A DNA stretch of 64,000 bases, taken from a virus. Positions within the stretch are counted from its first letter, which is position 1; every line of letters starts with the position of its first letter. The notes beneath the pieces are model-generated. The model was not told the DNA's origin. It saw only the letters and a program-made list of their open reading frames with translations, and searched no databases. Below are positions 9,618-17,613 of the stretch, one piece after another. The stretch is taken from the IMG/VR virus record IMGVR_UViG_3300039074_000056, positions 1 through 64,000 of that record; one strand, 5' to 3'. Both the position numbers and the translations under genes were made by a program.

Positions 9618-9977
9618 TTAGTAGTATTTCTTCTCTTCAAACGAATCCTTGCAAAACAGGTAAAAGGCATTTCGTGTAGAAGCAATCTTATCTGAAAGCT
9701 TCTTATCTGTCAAGCTTTGATACAACTCTTTTACACCTTGTGAATTAACATTAGCAACAATACCTGTTGCAACTATAAGTTCTGCTGCGTTAAGATTTGC
9801 CTTCTCAGCAGCTTCTGGAAGCAAGCTAACCACAGTTTTCAAATCCGTGCCTTGGTAAAGCTTAAAAACGCCAGCAGCAGCCATGCTACTTGCCTTATTG
9901 CAGTCAACCAAAGGTTGCGCAAAAGCGTTTGAAGCTACAACTAACATAAAAACTAATGTTGTGATGAAACTACGCAT
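9618..9977 (-). CDS. secreted/periplasmic hypothetical protein
   Basis: signal-peptide-like 'MRSFITTLVFMLVVASNAFA'; first gene after the leftward promoter. Confidence 0.6.
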   Translation of the reverse strand: MRSFITTLVFMLVVASNAFAQPLVDCNKASSMAAAGVFKLYQGTDLKTVVSLLPEAAEKANLNAAELIVATGIVANVNSQGVKELYQSLTDKKLSDKIASTRNAFYLFCKDSFEEKKYY

Positions 9978-10007
9978 CGTTGTCTCCTTTTGTGTTGGTA
10001 TTTGAGA

Positions 10008-10042
10008 AGCATAGCTTAGTAGGCTTGTTTTTTCAAGGGACT
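10008..10042 (-). promoter_or_regulatory. leftward promoter TTGAAA-17-TATGCT carrying the AGTCCCTTGAAAAA motif
   Basis: reverse complement of AGTCCCTTGAAAAA at 10029-10042; -10 at 10013-10008. Confidence 0.65.
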
Positions 10043-10064
10043 TTTATGAAAATAAATTAAAATT

Positions 10065-10099
10065 AGTCCCTTGAAAAAGCAGAATTGTCATGTGAAACT
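10065..10099 (+). promoter_or_regulatory. rightward promoter TTGAAA-17-GAAACT (TG-extended) carrying the AGTCCCTTGAAAAA motif
   Basis: motif 10065-10078; TGTGAAACT 10091-10099. Confidence 0.5.
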
Positions 10100-10139
10100 T
10101 AATTTGTTGGTTTGTTAGTAGTTATCTCTAACTTGCCTA

Positions 10140-10168
10140 TTGACAGGCAGTAGATTTAGTAGTACAAT
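10140..10168 (+). promoter_or_regulatory. sigma70-type promoter for ncRNA element A
   Basis: TTGACA (10140-45), 17-nt spacer, TACAAT (10163-68). Confidence 0.8.
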
Positions 10169-10174
10169 CCACAA

Positions 10175-10485
10175 CATTCCTAGAGGCACAGGAATCGGCA
10201 TGAAGAGATATGTTCTTTGACACTCACCGCATCATGCTTAAAGCCCTAAGAAGAGGAACAGTATACGGGGTAAGCGACGATCTAACCACATGGTCGCGAA
10301 TACTTCCATTGTTGATGTTGACGATGGTTGCATGTGGAATACATCTGGCAGCAGCCAGCTTCGAGCCATCTCAATTTGGATGTGCAGAAAAGGGAGTATA
10401 GATGAGCTAGGGCTTGGGGAATGGGGTGGACGCAACCACTCTTAAATACCCACGGCTCTAGGATTCTTGTATCTATACTTCTTCA
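10175..10485 (+). ncRNA. structured ncRNA-like element A (unassigned family; paralog of 62822-63145)
   Basis: multiple stems; 13-bp closing helix AGGGAGTATAGAT/ATCTATACTTCTT; motifs GGTAAGCGA, ATCTGGCAGCAGCCAGC, GGGAATGGGG..CTCTTAAATACC shared with element B. Confidence 0.75.
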
Positions 10486-10536
10486 ACCAAACTCATTTGG
10501 ATATGTAATTAATATAGTTAAGATAAGGAGAACAGA

Positions 10537-10959
10537 ATGAATAAGAGTCTTAGAGAAGCTGTGTTACAGAAGCTGGTGTTTAGAGATGGAGTCGTATACA
10601 GAGCTACAGCATCTGGCTTAAAACCATTGCCTTTTGATGACACATATGTGGAGACAAAGGTAAGTGGCATGAAGTTGAAGACAACGCTCCCTCGTCTTTG
10701 CTACTTCCTACAGACAAAGGAATGGCAACCTGTTGTGGATGTTATTGACTCAAAGAAGCCGATGACATTAGACAACCTTGTTATCGGTAAGCAAAAGACA
10801 TTGATGGCTAAATACGACTATACCACCCACCTCACTTCGTTTTATTGGAAGGATGGGAGTAGGCGTAGACAGAAAACCATTGATTCCTCAAGCACAGAGG
10901 AAATTACACTTTTCATTCAGAAAATGAAAGAATATAAAATAAAATATTTAGATAAATAA
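10537..10959 (+). CDS. degenerate HNH-endonuclease-like protein
   Basis: 'PRLCYFLQTKEWQPVVDVIDSKKPMTLDNL' aligns by eye with the HRL.W....G.WP..VDHIDG...NN..ENL motif but lacks the catalytic His/Asn. Confidence 0.45.
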   Translation: MNKSLREAVLQKLVFRDGVVYRATASGLKPLPFDDTYVETKVSGMKLKTTLPRLCYFLQTKEWQPVVDVIDSKKPMTLDNLVIGKQKTLMAKYDYTTHLTSFYWKDGSRRRQKTIDSSSTEEITLFIQKMKEYKIKYLDK

Positions 10960-10965
10960 TAAATT

Positions 10966-11000
10966 AGTCCCTTGAAAAAACAGATGTTGGGTGTGATAAT
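10966..11000 (+). promoter_or_regulatory. promoter TTGAAA-17-GATAAT (TG-extended) carrying the AGTCCCTTGAAAAA motif
   Basis: motif 10966-10979; TGTGATAAT 10992-11000. Confidence 0.7.
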
Positions 11001-11007
11001 TCTTTTA

Positions 11008-11228
11008 TCAGCTAGACATTAATTATTTCCCCAGCCGATTCTAGGCAAGGCTGGGAATATCGCAGGCAATCAAACTTGGATAGAATCTAATTTGAGTTGT
11101 CGTGTATCAGCACTGCACTTCTGTATCCATTGTGTTCTCTCCTTCGCAATGTAACTTAGATACGCTGGATGATAGTAACCAGCACCTATTGTTTTTGTGT
11201 TGGCTACTCCCAGCACTTATTTTTATTC
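11008..11228 (+). ncRNA. putative small structured RNA with anti-Shine-Dalgarno-like loops
   Basis: five hairpins downstream of a promoter, ending in a stem plus U-tract; loops TTCTCTCCTT (11135-44) and CTACTC. Confidence 0.45.
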
Positions 11229-11260
11229 TAACGCACCTCTGGTGCTTGTGAGGTGTTATA

Positions 11261-11485
11261 GTGCGCTGCCGTTCGTGTGATGGTGTTATGGGTGGTCATC
11301 CCGGTTGGATTGTATTAGAAGATGGAACAAAGATTGAAGAAGATATGTGCTCAGCTTGTCGAGGTGTAGTACGCAATATTGATACTTTAGATATTAAAGA
11401 GTTTATGCTTGGAAGTCTAACAAGTGATGTAGCTAGTGTTATTTTTACACATGGCGTAACGCCTGTTCCTAAAATACCATATTAA
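11261..11485 (+). CDS. zinc-ribbon-like hypothetical protein
   Basis: CxxC...CxxC ('CRSC','CSAC'); SD GAGGTG before GTG. Confidence 0.6.
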   Translation: MRCRSCDGVMGGHPGWIVLEDGTKIEEDMCSACRGVVRNIDTLDIKEFMLGSLTSDVASVIFTHGVTPVPKIPY

Positions 11486-11487
11486 TA

Positions 11488-11516
11488 TTGCTTATATAGC
11501 ATAAAGCTGCTATAAT
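11488..11516 (+). promoter_or_regulatory. sigma70-type promoter upstream of the tRNA/terminase region
   Basis: TTGCTT-17-TATAAT. Confidence 0.7.
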
Positions 11517-11524
11517 ATCAACGC

Positions 11525-11740
11525 TATGCAAACATAAGATTTGTAAGTAGAAATTCCTAGGACTGTTATAGCTTCGGCTGTAATAAGGAATATATAAGCA
11601 GACAATTCGCTACTGTCTGTCTTATTCGTGGCAAGTGAAAGGCTTGTTGTGGAGAAGCAAGACAACTATTGGTCTTGAGGGTTCTTAGTGCAGGTATGTC
11701 ATCTTTAATTGACGATTGTAGTGTGGCAGCTAAGACAATA
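11525..11740 (+). ncRNA. putative structured RNA/leader preceding the tRNAs
   Basis: consecutive hairpins including a C(UUCG)G tetraloop and a GAAA loop; no ORF in the track. Confidence 0.4.
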
Positions 11741-11746
11741 ATTTAT

Positions 11747-11821
11747 GTTCCGATAAGATAATGGTAGTCGGCTGGCCTCCAAAGCCATGCAGTGGTAGTT
11801 CAAATCTATCTCGGTTCGCCA
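11747..11821 (+). tRNA. trnW: tRNA-Trp (CCA), with imperfect acceptor stem
   Basis: cloverleaf; anticodon loop CTCCAAA; T-loop TTCAAAT; 3' CCA encoded; two U-U mismatches in the acceptor stem. Confidence 0.75.
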
Positions 11822-11826
11822 AATAT

Positions 11827-11902
11827 GCTGCTATAGCTCAGTTGGTAGAGCTATTCACTTGTAATGAATGGGTCGTGGGTTCGAGTCCTACTGGCAGCAC
11901 CA
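11827..11902 (+). tRNA. trnT: tRNA-Thr (TGT)
   Basis: canonical cloverleaf GCTGCTA..TGGCAGC-A-CCA; D arm AGCTCAGTTGGTAGAGC; anticodon loop CTTGTAA; GTTCGAG. Confidence 0.95.
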
Positions 11903-11920
11903 AACAAAAGAGAAAATAAA

Positions 11921-12250
11921 ATGGGCTTCAAATCTGGCGCAGAATGGAACGGTAATTCAAAAGGCCGCGTTCCTAAAAAGACTCGTGAAAATATTGGAAA
12001 AGATGAATTAGAATTAATACTTCGTCGTCTAAAACCATTATCTCGTGTAGCACTAACTAAGCTTGGTGTTATTCTTGAAGATGGCAGTGAAACCACTAAG
12101 CTTAAAGCAATTACCTTAATCTTGTCAGAGTATAAAGATTTGGTGGAAGAGCTTTACATTAACTCAGACGACGATAGTGAATCTGAAGATATTAAGCCAG
12201 CCGTAGTAACTCCGCTAATTAGTTTGGTTCGTAAAGAAGAGGACAGGTAA
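11921..12250 (+). CDS. putative terminase small subunit (DUF5681-like N-terminus)
   Basis: 'GFKSG...GN.KGR.PK' motif; directly upstream of TerL; start moved to ATG 11921 because the longer ORF overlaps tRNA-Thr. Confidence 0.6.
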   Translation: MGFKSGAEWNGNSKGRVPKKTRENIGKDELELILRRLKPLSRVALTKLGVILEDGSETTKLKAITLILSEYKDLVEELYINSDDDSESEDIKPAVVTPLISLVRKEEDR

Positions 12251-13668
12251 TGCTATCCCCAGCTTCTCTGCCACAAGAGCAAATGCTCAACAGCACGAGT
12301 TTCGTGACACTCTATGCTGGTAGCGCAGGTGCTGGTAAGACATACGCTATGCTCCTCACTGCGCTAAAGTTTATGCTGCACCCAAACTCGACTGGTGTTA
12401 TTTTTCGTCGTACTTCTACGATGATTAAAGCCCCCGGTAGTATTTGGCATGAAGCCGTAAATATGTATGGCGGATTATTTAAGGACTTAAAAGTAAGGCA
12501 TCGAGACTTAGAAATTGTTTTCCCTAACAAGTCTGTTCTAAAGTTTTCTCACATGCAACACGCTTCAAACATGTACGACCACAAAGGCGCACAGTATAGT
12601 TTTGTTGGATATGATGAAGCCACTGACTTTGATGAGGAAATGATTACATTCATGTTCTCTCGTATGAGAAACGCTAATGTAGAATATGCTCCTCAGATGT
12701 TTCTTTGCACTAACCCAAATTATCACTCTTTTCTTCGTAAGTGGATTGAAGACTTTTACCTCAATCCTATTGATGGCACTCCTCTTGAAGAGAAGTCAAA
12801 TGTAGAGAGATGGTTTTTTGTCTCTAGTGGTAAAATGTTGTGGTACAACACAAAAGAAGAAGCTGAGGCCGTTCATGGCGTTGGTGAAGAAAACGGTGTT
12901 CGTACATTTAGGAGCATTAAGGCTGTTGTGCAAGACAACAAACCACTATTACGCAGCAATCCTTCCTATATTTCAAACCTCATGTCGCTTGGGCGTGTAG
13001 CTCAGCTAATCATGCTGTATGGTAGCTGGACAGCTCGTGAAGAAGCCGCAGGCTACTTTAAGCGAGATTGGGTGGGTCTTGTTGATAAACCAGCTCAAGA
13101 AATCAAGGGAAGAGTTCGCAGTTGGGACATGGCGTTTAGCGCAGTAGGTGAAGGGAAAAGTTCTGACCCAGACTTCACTGCTGGTGTGCTTATGTCAAAA
13201 GACAAACAGAATGTCTACACTATTGAAGATGTTGTCAAAATGCGTGATAGAGTACATGCTGTTGAAAAACTAATCTTTGACACCGCAGCAAGAGATGGCA
13301 CAGAAACAATCATTACAATCCCTCAAGACCCTAACGCACAAGCAGGTGCATATGCGCGTGATCTTCAAAGAAGATTGAGTGAGATGGGCTATACATGCAG
13401 GTTAATGCGTCCTGTTAAATCAAAGATAACACGCTTTGCTCCATTCGCCGCCGTTGCGGAAGCTAAGTTTGTTAACGTAGTTAAAGCCGACTGGAATAAA
13501 GATTTCTTTGATGAGTTAGAAGTATTTGATGGTTCTGGTAAGTATCACGATGACACCGTAGACAGTGTATCAGATGGATTCTCCACCTTAAATAAGGTAA
13601 TTGAGATTCCAAACTTCACTCTGCCAGATATGACACAGGCAAATAAGTTTGCCAACCCGTTTAATTAA
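12250..13668 (+). CDS. terL: terminase large subunit
   Basis: Walker A 'GSAGAGKT', Walker B 'GYDEAT', 'CTNP', RNase-H-like nuclease 'SWDMA..DFTAG..HDDTVDS'. Confidence 0.95.
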   Translation: MLSPASLPQEQMLNSTSFVTLYAGSAGAGKTYAMLLTALKFMLHPNSTGVIFRRTSTMIKAPGSIWHEAVNMYGGLFKDLKVRHRDLEIVFPNKSVLKFSHMQHASNMYDHKGAQYSFVGYDEATDFDEEMITFMFSRMRNANVEYAPQMFLCTNPNYHSFLRKWIEDFYLNPIDGTPLEEKSNVERWFFVSSGKMLWYNTKEEAEAVHGVGEENGVRTFRSIKAVVQDNKPLLRSNPSYISNLMSLGRVAQLIMLYGSWTAREEAAGYFKRDWVGLVDKPAQEIKGRVRSWDMAFSAVGEGKSSDPDFTAGVLMSKDKQNVYTIEDVVKMRDRVHAVEKLIFDTAARDGTETIITIPQDPNAQAGAYARDLQRRLSEMGYTCRLMRPVKSKITRFAPFAAVAEAKFVNVVKADWNKDFFDELEVFDGSGKYHDDTVDSVSDGFSTLNKVIEIPNFTLPDMTQANKFANPFN

Positions 13669-13685
13669 AATAATAGGAGCCATAA

Positions 13686-15176
13686 ATGGCTGACAACATT
13701 TACACATTTATGCCAGCCGATGAAGGCTCCACAGCTATTGAAAAGGCTGAAGTACCTCGTATGCAACTTTCAGAAGTTGGTTACACAGGTCTGAAGATTT
13801 CAAGTGGTCGCATCTATGAAGACCTAAAGCGAGAGCTTACCTTCCCAGACAGTTGTATTACCTATAAGCAAATGTCTTATGACCCAACTATTGCTGCTGG
13901 CTTGATGTATTTTGAGTCACAGATGGTTAATGCTAATTGGCGAGTGGCTGCACCTGTTGATGCAACAGAAGAAGAAAAGAAACAGGCTGAAATTGTAGAA
14001 CAAATGATGGGAGATATGGAGCATACATGGAGTGACTTCATTAAAGAAGCCTCTAGTATGAATGTCTATGGTTTTGCTCCGCATGAGATTGTTCTTCGCA
14101 AGCGTTTGTATTCAAAAGGCAGTAAATATAATGATGGTTTAGTAGGTTGGCAGAAGCTACCTATCCGCAGTCAGGATACTATTTCTAAGTGGGTTTACTC
14201 AGAAGATGGTAGAGATTTAGTTGCTCTTGAGCAAACGGTAAATGTATCTGGTACAAATGGTCGTTATACAACTTTAGTTTCCGGCAAACCTATTACAATT
14301 CCTCGCCAGAAGTTCTTACTGTTTCGTACAGGAAGTAAGAGAGATAACCCAGAGGGTACATCACTTCTAAAGGCTTGTTACTACCCTTGGCGTTATCGCA
14401 CAGCGATTGAAGAAACAGAAGCCGTTGGCGTTGCTCGTGACCTAAACGGGTTACCAGTAATCTACATTCCGCCTCAGTATATGGCTCCTGATGCTACACC
14501 AGAGCAAAAAGCGATTTACGAATACTACAAGAATATGGGTCGTAATATTCAGGTGAATCAGCAAGGCTGTGCAATTATGCCTATGGCATATGACCCAGAT
14601 ACAAAACAACCACTGTTCAAGTTTGATTTGATGAGTGCTCAAGGCGGAAAAAACTTTGATACATCTGCCATCATCACGAGATACGATAATAAAATCCTCA
14701 CAGCTATGTGTTGCGATATTCTCGTACTTGGTCAAGGTAGTACAGGTAGTTACGCTCTAGGCGGCATTAAACAAGGTATGACAGCTTTGGCTATCGAATC
14801 ACGCCTAAAAGAGATTCAGGATGTAGTTAATCACCATTTGATTCCGCTTACCGCTAGGTATAACGGCTGGAATTCAGCTCGTTTGCCAAAGATTTACTTT
14901 GACGATATTGAAGCTAGTTCTATTGATGACTTGGGCAAATTTATTCAGCGCACTGGTGCTGTCGGCTACTTGCCGAAGACATTGGATGTTGTCAATAAAA
15001 TCCTTGAGACAGTTGGTGTTCCTGAGTTACCAGAGGGAACTGACTTTGAAGCTCTGTTGCCGGAAAGCAAGTCTAAATCAGGTTCTGGCATGGAGTCTGG
15101 CCTACCAAGCGGTACTGGTGATGCAACAGGTGCTGCTGGGGATGCCTCAAGTATCAATAGTGAAAACGCCTCTTAA
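13686..15176 (+). CDS. portal protein
   Basis: follows TerL; 496 aa; 'YGFAPHEIV', 'NPEG.SLL..CY.PW', 'GSYAL' typical of DUF935-type portals. Confidence 0.88.
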   Translation: MADNIYTFMPADEGSTAIEKAEVPRMQLSEVGYTGLKISSGRIYEDLKRELTFPDSCITYKQMSYDPTIAAGLMYFESQMVNANWRVAAPVDATEEEKKQAEIVEQMMGDMEHTWSDFIKEASSMNVYGFAPHEIVLRKRLYSKGSKYNDGLVGWQKLPIRSQDTISKWVYSEDGRDLVALEQTVNVSGTNGRYTTLVSGKPITIPRQKFLLFRTGSKRDNPEGTSLLKACYYPWRYRTAIEETEAVGVARDLNGLPVIYIPPQYMAPDATPEQKAIYEYYKNMGRNIQVNQQGCAIMPMAYDPDTKQPLFKFDLMSAQGGKNFDTSAIITRYDNKILTAMCCDILVLGQGSTGSYALGGIKQGMTALAIESRLKEIQDVVNHHLIPLTARYNGWNSARLPKIYFDDIEASSIDDLGKFIQRTGAVGYLPKTLDVVNKILETVGVPELPEGTDFEALLPESKSKSGSGMESGLPSGTGDATGAAGDASSINSENAS

Positions 15177-15200
15177 ATAAGATAACATCGGGAGAACAAT

Positions 15201-15827
15201 ATGTCTTGGTCTATGACCAATTTGCCCGGTGTGGCGCAAAACAAACCAGAAAAACAGCAAGAAGCTTTTATCGCTGCTGCTAATAGTGCCCTCTCGCGAG
15301 GGCTAACAGAAGAAGAGGCTATCTTCGCTGGTATTGGCGCAATGCGTGTTGTTGCAAAGAAAAATGCTACGGTAAGCAAGGCCAGCTATAGCGCGAAGGA
15401 ACCATTAAAGCGTCCTTCGCATATTCCTGACCCTGCTCTTATTAAGGCATTGCAGCAGCAAGAAGCCCAAGAAATCTTAAAAGCAGAGATGAATAAGATC
15501 GTCTCTGTTCCTAGTTATTTAGGAAAAAGTCTCCCGCAGGATAAGCAGCGAAATGTTATCGCTGCTAATTTTGATAGTAAAGATAGGTACGTAATCCTAT
15601 TCGATACAGGTGAGCAATTAATTTCTCGCTCAATTGATATTAAACAGTATGTTGAGCAATATGTAAGTGTTACACAGAAACAAGATGGTGGCACGGGAAT
15701 TGCAGGGGATTGCCCTGTGTTTATACAACCTACCCAGCCCACATATGTTGGAAAATATAAATGGGTGCAAACAAATATCGGAGGCAACCCTAATGACTTC
15801 ACTGTGTGGTTTGAGGATGGAATTTAA
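15201..15827 (+). CDS. hypothetical virion-associated protein with ChaB-like N-terminus
   Basis: 'W...NLP..AQNKP..QQEAFIAAANSAL..G..EEEAI'. Confidence 0.5.
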   Translation: MSWSMTNLPGVAQNKPEKQQEAFIAAANSALSRGLTEEEAIFAGIGAMRVVAKKNATVSKASYSAKEPLKRPSHIPDPALIKALQQQEAQEILKAEMNKIVSVPSYLGKSLPQDKQRNVIAANFDSKDRYVILFDTGEQLISRSIDIKQYVEQYVSVTQKQDGGTGIAGDCPVFIQPTQPTYVGKYKWVQTNIGGNPNDFTVWFEDGI

Positions 15828-16471
15828 TGGCACTAAGAAATGAGTTTGGTGCTATCTCTCTCGAAAGCACCCAAGCAAGCGTGCTTGCTGAATTACAAAC
15901 ACAGCAAAAAGATGCACTAACAAGAGCACAACTTGATTCGGCTCCTGTTGTTGTTAACACAGGGTTGATTCAGCCGACAACACCAGCCGATACACAACCA
16001 GTGTCCGGCACTGTTGAGCTGGGCGCTACATCACTTGCCGCACTTGAGCAGACATCGGTTACGCTTTTGAATCCTCTGTTACAGGGAACTACACCAACAG
16101 ATGTACAACCTGTCAGTGCTACATCTTTGCCACTGCCAGCTGGCGCTGCCACCGAGTCTAAGCAGCTACCTGACGGCCACAAGGTCAAGGACTTCTTCAC
16201 CCAGCAAGAAATTCTAACAACGCAGGTGGCAAGTGGGTCACAAAGACTTACTTTTACTTTCACCGCTCCCGTGCACTTGGCTTATGTTTTTATGATAGAC
16301 CAAACCCCAAACACGGGAAATTTTACAGCGAATGGGTCTATCCCCACTGGAAGTTATGGCATACCGCTGATGCCCGGAACACCCTTCTCTGTTCCATGCC
16401 TTACCACGGTCATTGAGGTTTTCTGCTCATCCGGTGCAGAGGTTAGAGTGTGGGGCTACCGATATGGTTAA
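15827..16471 (+). CDS. putative virion decoration/fibre protein
   Basis: Thr/Pro-rich repeats 'Q.TTP.D.QPVS'; beta-rich C-terminal domain. Confidence 0.5.
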   Translation: MALRNEFGAISLESTQASVLAELQTQQKDALTRAQLDSAPVVVNTGLIQPTTPADTQPVSGTVELGATSLAALEQTSVTLLNPLLQGTTPTDVQPVSATSLPLPAGAATESKQLPDGHKVKDFFTQQEILTTQVASGSQRLTFTFTAPVHLAYVFMIDQTPNTGNFTANGSIPTGSYGIPLMPGTPFSVPCLTTVIEVFCSSGAEVRVWGYRYG

Positions 16472-17417
16472 GCTCTACGAAACCTATGTTGTAAAAAAAA
16501 TAGTTGTCGGGCCTGCCAACACAGATTGCCCACCAACATTCATCTACAGCGAAACACCCAAGCGCGGGGACGGCATCCTCTTGCCGCTGATGCGGGTAAG
16601 CGACAGCGAGTGTAGAAGTGACGCGACTCGCCTCCCACTGATGCGCTTGAATGAATCAGAACAGCGCAGCGATGCTTGCAGAATCCCGTCTGCTGCGGTT
16701 ACGCCACCAGACAATGAGGCGCGCAGTGACGCTCCGAAAGTACCTTTTTTGAAAGTCAGTGAGAGTGGGGCACGGCGAGATAATGTAACGCTTTCTCAGC
16801 TTTATGACACCGCTGGAACATTTACATACACAGTTCCGGCATCCGGACTGCTAGGCGGTGTAATTAAGCTTGAGGGCATTGGCGCTGGTGGACTCGGCGG
16901 CATTGGCGCTATCACATTCGGCGGCGGCGGCGGCAAGGGCGGCGCATATGCAAGGCGAAACGCTTGGCCGGTAAATCCGGGCGATGTTATAACTATTGTC
17001 ATCGGCAATAACTACGGCATAGATACGACTATTGCTGTAAATGGCACTATCGTTTTGCGAGCATCCGGTGGTGCAGCAGGTACGGCAGGAACAACTCTTG
17101 CTGGCGGCACCGGAGCCACAACCTATGTTTCAACGCCGCTTGGCGATGTCATTTTTAATGGCGGCAATGGCGAAAATGGCGGGGTAACATCGGCGGGAGC
17201 TGGTGGTGGTGGCGCTGGCGTTGCGGCGAATACAACAGGGCAAGGGCCGATACAGCAGTTCCTTGCGACACTGACAGGCAGGGGCGGCGACCCCGGCACG
17301 GCACTGGCAGGCGGGGGCGTTGTGCAGTCTTTCGGTGGCGCTCAAGGCGGCATTGTTCAGGCGAGCGGCAGAGCAAGCTTTGTGCCCGGCGGCGCTAAAA
17401 TTACATACACGCTTTAA
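16464..17417 (+). CDS. glycine-rich fibre/adhesin-like protein
   Basis: N-terminal ~16-aa 'E..RSD...P' repeats; C-terminal 'GTFTYTVP...GAGG.GG...GGGGG.GG.Y' glycine-rich domain. Confidence 0.6.
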   Translation: MVKLYETYVVKKIVVGPANTDCPPTFIYSETPKRGDGILLPLMRVSDSECRSDATRLPLMRLNESEQRSDACRIPSAAVTPPDNEARSDAPKVPFLKVSESGARRDNVTLSQLYDTAGTFTYTVPASGLLGGVIKLEGIGAGGLGGIGAITFGGGGGKGGAYARRNAWPVNPGDVITIVIGNNYGIDTTIAVNGTIVLRASGGAAGTAGTTLAGGTGATTYVSTPLGDVIFNGGNGENGGVTSAGAGGGGAGVAANTTGQGPIQQFLATLTGRGGDPGTALAGGGVVQSFGGAQGGIVQASGRASFVPGGAKITYTL

Positions 17418-17427
17418 GGTAAAGAAT

Positions 17428-17595
17428 ATGATAACTCTATTTGTTGAATACAGTTATACAGTCACTAGCGAGCAAGAATACAACGAGATGATTGCTATGA
17501 TTGAAGGCCAGAAAACAGTTCACGATAGTTTAAGGGTTTTTGAGAATCGCGCAGAGCTTAAAATTAAATGCAATTTAACTGTTTCAAAAGATTAG
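17428..17595 (+). CDS. small hypothetical protein
   Basis: ATG 17428 after AAGG. Confidence 0.5.
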   Translation: MITLFVEYSYTVTSEQEYNEMIAMIEGQKTVHDSLRVFENRAELKIKCNLTVSKD

Positions 17596-17613
17596 TGATA
17601 AAGGAGCAATAAA

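Noticed and set aside
10343-10359. CTGGCAGCAGCCA resembles a stretch of the ColE1/pBR322 origin as I recall it
   Set aside because: The match is only ~13 nt with no flanking similarity; not evidence of vector contamination or homology.
10210-10435. ORFs 10210-10401 (+) and 10238-10435 (-)
   Set aside because: Short, no recognisable motifs, and they overlap an element whose conservation with copy B is structural rather than codon-based.
10175-10485. Elements A/B as group I or group II introns
   Set aside because: No P7 GACTA/TAGTC core, no domain-V hairpin, no interrupted gene; each has its own promoter.
11864-11920. Upstream extension of the terminase-small-subunit ORF
   Set aside because: It overlaps tRNA-Thr; ATG 11921 is the plausible start.
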